From: Octopus bimaculoides
Taxonomy: Eukaryota
DNA: 64,000 bases
Assembly (NCBI RefSeq): GCF_001194135.2
Contig: NC_068995.1
Span: 19,336,764 to 19,400,763 of the forward strand
Reading direction: 5' to 3'
Shown: in pieces, positions 54,077 to 64,000 of the stretch
How the letters are laid out: every line of letters starts with the position of its first letter
Position numbering within the stretch: the first letter of the stretch is position 1
Notes under the pieces: generated by a model
Database searches by the model: none
What the model was told of the DNA's origin: nothing
The model's input: the letters and a program-made list of their open reading frames with translations, nothing else
Made by a program: the position numbers and the translations under genes

Positions 54077-54524
54077 ATAAAATATACTAAGCCCAGTAAA
54101 TTTATTTAAATGTGAGTGAATATGTAGGCCAAATGAGTAGGTCTACGCTAAGCTGGTGCTTGTAGGATTGAGACAACGGATAGGAAAATGGCCCTTCCGA
54201 CGTTGCACCCCTACTGAATCTTCTGGATAGTCTGAGCTTGTGTATCATCAAGCAATATCTTTGTTCAATACTTTCGGTGAAAACGAAAATCTGGTAAGCA
54301 CGCACTACACCTCTATACTCTCGGCGTAATAGCCGGAAATTGACGAGGCATACCGGTGTGAAAATGTTCACGCATGCACAAGGAAGGCTGGTGTCACCTC
54401 TCACCAAATGAATTCTTGTCGTTATATTATTGTTCATTGTTATCGTTTTTATTCTTCACACGTATTTATGTAAATCCCCACTAACCTTTGTTTATTTGTA
54501 AACTCTCTGGCCAATAAGTGAATC

Positions 54525-54571
<47 letters not shown>

Positions 54572-54576
54572 TACTG

Positions 54577-54988
54577 AGGTGGTGAACAGTCAGAATCGTT
54601 AGCACGTCAGACAAAATGCTTAGTGGCATTACGTTCGTCTTTACGTTCCTAGCTCATATGCCGCCTAAGACGACTTTGAGGTTCATCCTTTCGGTGTCAA
54701 GTAATTAAGTACCAGCTGGGCACTGGTTTGATATAATGGACTAGTCTCCTCCCGCCAAAATTCGAGGTATTGTGCCGACAGCAAAAACAATAGCTATGTA
54801 TGTAAAGGCCAAGAAAGATCGTTAGCGTGCCACACAGATGTTTAGCGGCAGCTTCAGCTTCTCGGTTCAAATGCCAGAGAGGACAATTTTACCTTCCTTG
54901 ATAAAGAAGTATTTGAGCACTCAGTTCCATGAAATCGAATTATCACTGCCCTTAAAATTGCTGGCTTTGTACCAAAATTTGAAGCAAT
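54577..54988 (+). mobile_element. Two tandem SINE family A copies (54577-54788 and 54810-54988)
   Basis: cagaatcgttagcacgtc.. head, aagtaccagctgggcactgg body; second copy ends ttgtaccaaaatttgaagc. Confidence 0.8.
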
Positions 54989-55016
54989 AATTGTTATTAA
55001 TTATTCCTGCATATAC

Positions 55017-55115
55017 TCTGTTGTGCTTTGAATATCGCTCGCTTGTGCGCTCCGCTGAATTTATGACGACTCGTGTCAGAGTAGAAGCAGTGAACGGAAC
55101 CCAGGTTCGAGAACG
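55017..55115 (-). CDS. Candidate 99-nt exon, unknown product
   Basis: CpG-rich island after a very strong acceptor (cctctctaatttttcttcag|), donor AGA|gtatat; open in phase 0 (RSRTWVPFTASTLTRVVINSAERTSERYSKHNR) and phase 1 (FSNLGSVHCFYSDTSRHKFSGAHKRAIFKAQQ). Confidence 0.25.
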
Positions 55116-55124
55116 CTGAAGAAA

Positions 55125-56110
55125 AATTAGAGAGGAGGAAGGTAAAGATGGGGAAATAAGTGAATAAGAGAAATAACTAAATAACGAAGCATATTTAATG
55201 GGGTAAGAGAAAAGGAAGAAGGAAAGAGACACATGAAAGAAAAAGATAAAAAGAAGGAACAAAGAAAGTATAGTGTATTTATGGAACGAATGAAGCTGAT
55301 ACAGAAATGTTTGCATTAAAAAAAAAATTGAAAAGGAAGCTATAAGAGACGAGATATCTTTAAAGAAGAAGTGAGATTTTAGGGAAAAAGTCGGAAAAGT
55401 GAGGATGGACGAAAAGAAAAAAACAGAGAGAAAAATGATAAATAATCTACCAAGGAAAGAAATAGACATAAACAAAATTTAGAATAAAAGAAAATAAACA
55501 CAGAGAACAATATAAAAAAAATGAATGAACGAAGAGAGAAATACAAAACAACAAATATTGAAAGTAAGAAAATGATTGAGAGAATGAAGAAAGGAATAAA
55601 GAAGAAAAATAGAAAAAATGTAGCAGAGAAAGATGGCAGTATGAATGAACGAAAACCGAATAAGATGAAGAAAGAAAAATGAAACAGAATAAAGAAGTCT
55701 GAAAGAAAGAAAGCCGTAAACTACAATAGAACTGAAAGATGGAATGAATGTAATAAAGAAAAACGGAAGAAAGAAAGATAAAATGAAAGAAAGAGAGGTA
55801 GAAAGAAAATCAGAGGAGATAAGTTTACTACAATAGATGAAATAAATATAGAAAATGAGAGAAAAAATGAAGGAAAGAACACACAAAAAAGACACATTGA
55901 ACGAGAAAGAAGGAAGGAAATCTACGAAGAAGAGAAGAAACAGGAAGAGACGTGCAGGAAGAAATGGACAAAAAATAAACTAAGAAAATAACTAAAACCA
56001 CGGAAGGAAGTGTGTGTGAAAATATAAGGAAAAAATTATGTAGAGAAAGACAAAAAGAAAATGAATTGAAGGAAGAAACAACGGAATTGAAACAGAATGA
56101 CGAAATAATC
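55125..56110. repeat. About 1-kb purine-rich (A/G) low-complexity tract
   Basis: Plus strand dominated by A and G; the F/L/S-rich minus-strand ORFs are artefacts. Confidence 0.9.
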
Positions 56111-56158
56111 TAAGTTCATGGATTGACTCAACTCCAATTAATAGATCGCAACGATACT

Positions 56159-56199
<41 letters not shown>

Positions 56200-56247
56200 G
56201 TGTATATATACTGGTGTGTGTCATTCAGTTTGTGTTTGTAAGCTCAT

Positions 56248-56425
56248 CATCACCTGACAATCGGTGTTGGTTTGTTTACGTCCTTGTAACTTAGCAGTTC
56301 GGTATAAGACCGATAGAATAAATACTAGACTTTAAAAAAAGTACCGGGCGTGATCTGTTCGAATTAACCCTTCAAGTCGGTATCCTACTGTGGCTGTTGT
56401 CAAATAATCACAAGTAAATGATAAA
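56248..56425 (+). mobile_element. SINE family B, 3' half
   Basis: gacaatcggtgttggtttgtttacgtcc..aacttagcagttcgg..gaccgatagaataa, the reverse complement of the left part of 23330-23719. Confidence 0.8.
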
Positions 56426-56427
56426 AA

Positions 56428-56799
56428 TAGCAGAATGGTTAGCACACTGGTCAAATCGCTTAGCGGCATTTCGTGCAGCTTTATGTTCTGAGTTCAAATT
56501 CCACCGAGATCGACACTGCCTTTCATCCTTTCAGTGTCGATAAAATAAGTACCAGTTGAGCTCTGGGGTCGATGTAATTGAATTATACCCTCCGACAACT
56601 TGCTAGCCTTGTGCCATAATTTGTAACCAAAATGTAGATTTCCTAAGTTGTTGAGCAGGCAGAATCATTAGCACGCCGCTCAATATGCTTTTCGTCGTTT
56701 GTGTACCAATAAAAGATTGTACTGGCTGAACAATGGAATCAATCTAATCGACTTAGATCCTTCCTCGAAATGACTAACCTTGTGCCAAAATTTGAAAGC
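56428..56799 (+). mobile_element. Two tandem SINE family A copies (56428-56628 well preserved; 56648-56799 internally deleted)
   Basis: gcagaatggttagcac..gagttcaaattccaccgag..gtcgataaaataagtaccagttgagc..ccttgtgcc. Confidence 0.85.
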
Positions 56800-56929
56800 A
56801 ATATCTAGCTTTTCTGCGAACTATTTTCAAGCGTCATCGGTAACGAAAATAATGATATTTCAAGATATTCATTAAAAATAATCACCAGGATTGGCTTCCG
56901 CGAGTTCTCATATTTATTTATTTATTTAT

Positions 56930-57154
56930 TTATAACCTACATGGGACTAAACATAGAGGGAATAAACAAGGACAGACAAAGGGATTAAGTCGATTACATC
57001 GACCCTAGTTCGTAACTGGTGCTTAATTAATCGACCCAGAAATGATGAAAGGCAAAGTCGAGCTCGGCGGAATTTGAACCCTGAAAGTAACGGCAGACGA
57101 AACACGTTAAGCATTTCGCCCTTTTTGCAAACGATTCTGCCAGCTCGCCGCCTT
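56930..57154 (-). mobile_element. SINE family A head and body with an alternative 3' tail
   Basis: Minus strand: aaggcggcgagctggcagaatcgtt..gttcaaattccgccgag..gatgtaatcgactt then aatccctttgtctgtccttgtt instead of the ttgtgccaaaatttgaa tail. Confidence 0.85.
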
Positions 57155-57619
57155 CAGTTCAAATATTTTATTGATGGCTTAAAATATAATTTGTAGAACT
57201 CGTGGAAATCTAATATTATAAGTATTCTAATTTCTCTTTTAATTGTATTAATTCGTAGTCCTTCATGAATTTGTTTTATGTTAAGAATTTCGAATACTTT
57301 TCAATTTCGTTCTTAGTTTAAGATTGTTAGTAGCGTAACACTCGAACACATATGATGAGCAGCCGAATAATTATAGTTTAATTAATCTAAACGATTTTAA
57401 ACCAGTTCAGTTATTTATCAATAAGCATCGAATATATAGGTTAGTCAGGGAGAATTTTTTGAAGATTTACATCCCCACACATGGGGGGTGCTCCAGCGTG
57501 GCCGCAGACGCTTGGCCGAAATGAATAAAAGAATTAAAGAATATGAATGTAAGGAATTATTGAATGTCCAATTGCATATCTAGATATAAGAATATTTATG
57601 CATGTGTTTGTGTGTGTAC

Positions 57620-57943
57620 GATCGCGGTTTCGATTCCCAGACCGGGCGTTATGAGTGTTTATTGAGTGAAAACACCGAAAGCTTCACGAGCTTCCTGCAG
57701 AGGGTGGGGGGCGTGAACCCTGCTGTACCCTTTCACCACAACTTTCTCTCAGTTATTCTTCCTGTTTCTGTTGCACCTTTATTTTAAAGGACCAGCCTTG
57801 TCACATTCAATGTCACGCTGATTCTGCGTTAAGGATACATGTGTCTGTGGAGTGCTCAGCCACTTGCACGTTAATTTCACGAGCAGGCTGTTCCGTTAAT
57901 CGGATCAACTGGAACTCTCGTCGCCGTAGCCGACGGAGTGCCA
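57620..57943 (+). mobile_element. SINE with partial tRNA head, unique middle, and the tail shared with 29596-29918
   Basis: B-box-like ggtttcgattccc; tail ctgtggagtgctcagccacttgcacg..ccgacggagtgcca followed by (TATG)n. Confidence 0.85.
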
Positions 57944-58813
57944 CGAGTGTATGTGTAAGTATGCATGCATGTATGTTTGTATGTATGTATGGATGGATGG
58001 GTGAATGGATCGATGTATGCTTGCATGTTTGTAAATATGCATTCAAGCATGTATGTATACATGTGTGTATATATGTATGCATGCATGTATGTATGTTTGT
58101 ATGCATGTGCGTATGTATGTATATATGTATGTATGTATGGTTGCTTGGCATATTCTTGATGCAGAGACTGAAATACTGGTTACATAGTCCTGTTTTCTGT
58201 CACACATACGTGTATACGCACGTACGCATACACACACACTCACACACGCACGCACAGACTCTCTCCCACTCTCTCCCAGTCTCTCACTCTCTCTCACATT
58301 ACCCTTTCCCTCCCTCTCTTTCTTTTTTTCTGTATTTTTCTCTCCTTTTCAAATATCACCATGTCTGATATAAAATGTTTTGTAAAGCATTGAAATTTCA
58401 TAAATAAATATCTCTGGAGAAGGAGCTAAGAAGTTACTGATGAATTTAAAAGACAATTTTTTAAGAATATTATTATTTTTCTTTTTTTTATTTAAAGTGT
58501 TTGCAATATTTTTCATGTTGAAATATTTTACGCGAAATATTTAAATGGTTTATACAGCAAATCTGGAGCAGCGATGCACGAAAACGGCTCGTTCATTAAT
58601 TAGCAAGAAATATGAAATTTAATCAAATATTTACTTCAATCAAATTAAATATTCTGGTTAATGTAGTAAAGAAGTTCATCTAATCGATGCGGCAGCTTCA
58701 TAGATTCGCTTCTTAGAGGAATTCAAGAATTTAATGAATGTGGACATGGAAGAGAAAGAAATGATTTAAATGCAACCAATTTCGAAGATTTATAAATCAT
58801 TTGTATAAAAAAA

Positions 58814-59438
58814 TAAGTCCGGGCTATATGCTGGGTGGTGGTATTAGCTCCAATCACTCAAGTTCCAAGAGTTTATTCTTGGTTTATTGAGCGATGTGAA
58901 CTCTTGCGTTGTCTAACTGCAACAGAGTTTGGTTTCTGTTAACCAATGTTGGGTATTTTTCCTTCACAATGGCATAAATCACGGCCAACTTTTCATAGTA
59001 AAAGTTGGCATCAATAGTTCGGCCGGCCTGAAAGAATTCGTAGTGAATTATTATCTGATATTTCCACCAAACGCAGGGTGTCACCATTCCTTCGGTGAGG
59101 GGTTCTGGAAAGTGGCTCGTGCTTAGGCACTGATTAAGCATGTCAGGAATAAGAAAGAATTGTCTCAATCTGATTATTAGTTGCTCCGATCCATGCCTCA
59201 CATCCTAGGTTCGCGAAGCTTCATCAATCAAGAAAAGGTGGAATTTGCAGTGAAGGAGTTCTCCTCTGAAATGACAAGAACTAGTATAACTGTAGGATCA
59301 AAATAACTAGCAGAAAGATGGCTTCAAACGTCGCAACACGGTGGCCGTTACTTTAAATGTTAGGCTGTTTTTGTTGAAATTTGACGAATAAATCAAATAA
59401 GTTTCCAAAATATTGTAAACTTTTGATTCAACAGAATA
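58814..59438. mobile_element. Mariner (DD34D-type) transposase relic with internal inversion
   Basis: Minus 59150-58814: CVWW..IHYEF..TIDANFY..LQLDNARVH..HPAYSPDL. Plus 59160-59363: LSQSDY*LLRSM..SFINQEKVE..LAERWLQT...GRYFKC*. TIR-like aacttttgattcaacagaata at about 59418-59438. Confidence 0.9.
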
Positions 59439-60252
59439 ATACAGGTACAAAGCTGGCAGTTTTAGGACAATAACTGTACTGATATATATCGACTTTAGTA
59501 ACTTAGAAAGGATGGGATGCCAAGTATCGACATTTGAACTCACTGCTGAAAGAGAGAAAATAAAGCATTTTCTTGGACGCTCGGAAGACTTTCCCTAATC
59601 ACGAACGTTGAAAGACCAAAATAACGATTTCTGAAAAAGGCAAAACTGCAACAGATTTTAAGGAAGAAGATCAGTCGATAAATCGAATCCACTTCTTGTC
59701 CTGTATTTCATTTTATAACCTCCAGACGGAGGAAAGGTAGAGTGCCTAAGTAGGATGTAACTTCAGAAAGCAAAACAACTAAAAAAAATAATGCATGACA
59801 TTTTTGTGTCACGTTCTAATGATATTGCTACCTCGCAGCATTTAGAGAGACCAAGCTACAGCAAAAGGTGGTAAAGTTTAGGCAATAAGCATACACCATT
59901 GCACAGTTTAATACCAGAGAGACTGAGGGAAGAAATTAGGATTCAAACTATTGGCTGGTCTAATACAGAAACGAAGTAGAGGGAATGATGTGAAAGTGTG
60001 TTTTCAATCGGTATATTCCAAATTGCAGTCAAATATTGCTCCTGATATAGGACGAAACAAATATACTGATGTGTTACATGAACTGAAAACGACAACATGT
60101 GCATGTTTGTGCATCTTTTATCGAAATAAGTAGTGCTGGTACTAAAGAGCCACAAGAACTATAGCAAGAACAAAGTCTGCGTGTTCATCTTTTCTTTTTA
60201 TCCGGTTTAAAACCCCCAACTTTCCTTCGGATAATTTCAGAGGAGATCCCTC

Positions 60253-60480
<228 letters not shown>

Positions 60481-61127
60481 AGGCGTTGGTCGATTGGTAT
60501 AAAATGAAGTCCCTCCTTACTTGCCTCTGGTCAAGGAAGCCCGGATGTTTATGGCTTTACCCCTCTACTTCTGACTAAACAATGAAAAAAAAGAGAAAAT
60601 AAACAACGTCAAAAAATGTATCAATAACCATAATAATAATCTCTAGCTTGGGATGACTGTTGATTAGATCATTTGCAGGAATCCTGTTGTTATTAATTAT
60701 TTCTATCGATCCGGGATTGATTGGCGGTAAAGTTTGGGAAAGAGGGATTTAAACTGATTATATAAAAGGATGTAATTGAATTACTCAGTAATTTTTTCAT
60801 TGGTCTCCTAATTGTGAAATATATTCAGAAATGTTACGAATTTAAGAACCAGGTCAACAGTTTTTTTTTTTAAAGGGAGTTAATAAAATTGATAACACTA
60901 CATCATCTCTACTTCATTTTTATCGATCCCAGAGGAAAGAAAATCAAAGTTGACTGCAACGTAATTGAACTAAACGTGCAAAGAGTCATAACCATAACGT
61001 AACTTTCAAATTTTTGCACAGAGCCAGCAATTACATAGAATCCAGTGCTTAACTGATATTTATTTTATTGACCCTAATAAACCGATACATAGATTTCAGT
61101 GCTCAATTAGTACTTATATCAACCCTG

Positions 61128-61312
61128 AAGGCGGCGTGGTGGCAGAAACGTTAGCACGTCGGGTAAAATGATTGGCGATATTTCGTCCGTCTTCAGGTTC
61201 TGAGTTCAAATTCCGCCGAGGTCTACTTTGCCTTTCATTCTTTTGGGGTTGATGAAATAAGTACTAGTTGAGCACTGGGGACAATGCAGAATTTCAGAAA
61301 TTGTGCCTATTA
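61128..61312 (+). mobile_element. SINE family A with its tail interrupted by a MITE
   Basis: aaggcggcgtggtggcagaaacgttagcacg..gagttcaaattccgccgagg..aagtactagttgagcactgggg..ttgtgcctat, then the MITE, then gaaagaatt. Confidence 0.85.
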
Positions 61313-61314
61313 TA

Positions 61315-61524
61315 CAGGGTGTCCACAAAGTCTGGGTACTTGGAGTAAATAAAATCATAACATAAACAATTGAATATAAGAAATAATAATTTCTTAAAGT
61401 ATGTGTTATTCCCCATGTGGGTACATGGAGTAAATAAAATCATAACCTAAACAATTAATTATAAAAAAATAATTTCTTAAAGTATGTGTTTATCCCCATG
61501 TACCCAGACTTTGTGGACACCCTG
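61315..61524. mobile_element. Tc1/mariner-type MITE, 210 bp, 25-bp TIRs, TA target duplication, internal 85-bp tandem duplication
   Basis: TA|CAGGGTGTCCACAAAGTCTGGGTAC...GTACCCAGACTTTGTGGACACCCTG|TA; internal units start at 61334 and 61419. Confidence 0.92.
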
Positions 61525-61970
61525 TAGAAAGAATTGTAGCAACTCTGAAACACTGAAAGTCCAGTATTGGAAGTCAGAACTACCTCTAAGCAGTACTTTT
61601 ACGAAACGCTAAAGATTCTGTCAAATCGCCGCCTTTATAAATGTTTATAACTTCGACATAAAAACATATTTCGTGAAGATGAGTTACTGTACTGAATTTC
61701 ACACCGTTGAATAACAGTCAATACGCTACGTTCATTGAATCTGCGTAGAATATTTTATCTTACTTACCAACAATTAATTTCAATATCAAGTATATATATT
61801 AAAGGGGGACCTATAAAATCAGACACATAAAGAATGCATAAGAGTACGAATGCATAGATATCTGTTTGAATATATGTGTCTGAGTGTTTGCGCGAGCACA
61901 TAATATAATATATATAAATGTGTGTGCGTACCCACGCGTATATGCATATACGTGTGAGTGTGTGTGTGGG

Positions 61971-62001
<31 letters not shown>

Positions 62002-62266
62002 AAGCAAATGACAAAAAAAAATACCAGCGTTAGTTCTGACACAGCCTGACTGCTGGTGTAACTAGTATAACAACTGGCGTTGTTTTGATAAAATAGACCG
62101 GCTGAGTTAGAATAACATAATTACCAGGATTTAATAGGATCGATGGAAAATGAATATACCATTACAATGATGAAATCATGGGCTGTGTAACGTAGTCACG
62201 TCCACGGAATTATGCAATTATGCATACGTTTATATACCTGTAAATATATTGATGTATGTGTGTATG

Positions 62267-62302
<36 letters not shown>

Positions 62303-62320
62303 TACATATATATATAATTC

Positions 62321-62384
<64 letters not shown>

Positions 62385-62410
62385 CATACATATATACATA
62401 TACATACATA

Positions 62411-62733
62411 GCTCAGTGGTTAGAGCGTCGAGCTTACGATCTCGAGGTTGTGAGTTCGAATCCCGGACCGGGCTGCGTGTTGTGTTCTTGAACAAGACAC
62501 TTTATTTCACGTTGCTCCAGTTCATTCAGCTGTAGAAATATGTTGCGACGTCACAGGTGCCAAGCTGTATCGGCCTTTGCCTTTCCCTTGGATATCACTG
62601 GCGGCGTGGAGAGGAGAGGCCGGTATGCATCGGTGACTTCTGGTCTTCCATAAGCAGACTTGCCCGGACTTGTGCCTTGGAGGGTAACTTTCTAGGTGCA
62701 ATCCCTTGGTTAGTCATGACTGAAGGGGGTCTC
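62411..62733 (+). mobile_element. SINE family C: tRNA head, conserved central domain, distinct tail
   Basis: A box gctcagtggttagagc, B box gagttcgaatccc, then gtgttcttgaacaagacactttatttcacgttgctccagttc; no tRNA acceptor stem. Confidence 0.85.
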
Positions 62734-63472
62734 AGCAGCAATACATACACACATGCACATTCGCACACACGTATATGTGTGTGTGTGTGTATATATANNN
62801 NNNNNNNNNNNNNNNNNNNNNNNNNNNNNNNACGAATAACGGAAATACTCAATTCATGTAAAAGAACTTGCAATTTGGTTGTTGCATCGTACAGTTACTT
62901 GAAGTTTCTTCCATATAACTCAATCACAACGCAGCATGATAACGTATATATATAATATAGATAACATTCATTTATCAATACATTATTGCATATCTGTTAT
63001 TTCTTTCTTGCTTATCCACACTATAGTAAATTATCACATAATTCATATTCTTTTGGTTATTCTTGAATCTAAATATCAAATCCGCTCTACGTGCGGAATA
63101 GATCCAATATATTTTAGTAACCTATTGACCATAATGCATACATATAGATATTACGTAATACACTATTCCTTCTTACAACCTAATGATCTCCAATTTACAT
63201 ATTTGTATTGCTAGTAATTAATGATTACAAATAGAGTGTATAACTTATACCTAAATACCTGCTCCCTTATAATCTACTATTTTTTTTTTTTCATTTCATT
63301 ATATAATAGTTTTATGGTTCCTTTCCAAAACTTCGTTCAATTTTTCCTTTTCTAAAATATTAAGAGAACAATTCTAAACATTAAACTCCCCAAAACATAA
63401 CCCTAACAGCTTATCTTTTCTAATAGTGTTTATTTATTAAAAGCATTTAACTATGACACCATGCCTACTCAC

Positions 63473-63590
63473 AATCTTTGGTCGACCTAGAGCTTTCGTA
63501 ATCAACATTTGCCATAAGTTTCACGTAATTGGTCGGATTCTGGAACCATGTTGTCGAGAGAAAATCCTCTTACTATCCATACATGACAGC
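63473..63590 (-). mobile_element. SINE family B 5' part, highly diverged
   Basis: ctttggtcgacctagagct..ggaaccatgttg..cttactatccatac aligns loosely to 23605-23715. Confidence 0.55.
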
Positions 63591-64000
63591 GTCTAGTGTG
63601 TGTGGGGGGGGGGGTGTATGTGTGTGTGTGTTCAACAAATTCATAGCTCATTACGGAGATGCTCCATGCTCGAATGTAATTATTACTGTCGATTTTCAGT
63701 AGAGAGAGTTCCGGTACTTTCGGATGATACAGCAACATTGAGATGACATGCTGTGGGCTTCCTGTTGATTTCATCTGGTTTGTGAGTTGGTAAACTTCCG
63801 GCAGAAAGATGTAATCTATTTATCCTGTATTATTCTGCTTATACGCGTTTTGTTCACAGTTAAAAGCTAAACGCGTTGAAAGGGCTAAATATATTTACTC
63901 GTATGGCTTAACAATAGAACATCTCTGGTTTCAAGTAATATTTGATCTTTTGGCCCATTAGAGAGGCTCCAAATATTTATTCAGTCCATATATTTAAGGT

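Noticed and set aside
54100-54430. Possible LINE apurinic endonuclease remnant (VIAGN..HTG)
   Set aside because: Similarity limited to a few residues across a frameshift; unsupported without a search.
61768-61810. Minus-strand 43-nt exon GPPLIYILDIEINC resembling the GPPVNVxCNIFINS segment of Cys-loop receptors
   Set aside because: The homologous vertebrate exon is longer as I recall (68 nt), an in-frame stop follows immediately, and no other Cys-loop exon is found in the correct order; likely coincidence.
62411-62480. Functional tRNA gene
   Set aside because: A and B boxes are present but there is no acceptor stem, the anticodon arm is irregular, and it continues into a SINE body.
63240-63440. 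Mitochondrial insertion (NUMT)
   Set aside because: Composition is suggestive only; no mitochondrial protein or RNA motif recognised.
63700-63781. Plus-strand exon bounded by ttttcag and gtgagt
   Set aside because: Stops in all frames.

Overview
AT-rich, microsatellite-saturated eukaryotic DNA from a gapped draft assembly: 11 N-runs totalling about 5.1 kb, most abutting simple repeats. The tRNA-derived SINEs match families I recall from octopod cephalopods (Octopus-like; recognition from memory, no database search). No intact protein-coding gene, rRNA, functional tRNA or CRISPR array can be supported, and nearly all ORFs in the supplied track are microsatellite or gap artefacts. Supported content: over 20 copies or fragments of at least four tRNA-headed SINE types; three decayed R4/Dong-like non-LTR retrotransposon fragments (two RT-region, one restriction-like endonuclease) beside (AAT)n/(GAT)n tracts; a DD37D (maT-like) Tc1/mariner fragment; a DD34D mariner relic with an internal inversion; a TA-flanked MITE with an internal dimer nested in a SINE; and a tRNA-Glu remnant. 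The most unusual signal is a set of local inverted copy or inversion events. These are an 82-bp perfect inverted insertion into one copy of an older duplication, a 111-bp perfect inverted repeat around a microsatellite, and a mariner inversion breaking within the YSPDL/APSDY motif. SINE modules also appear shuffled between copies. A few isolated candidate exons are listed at low confidence.
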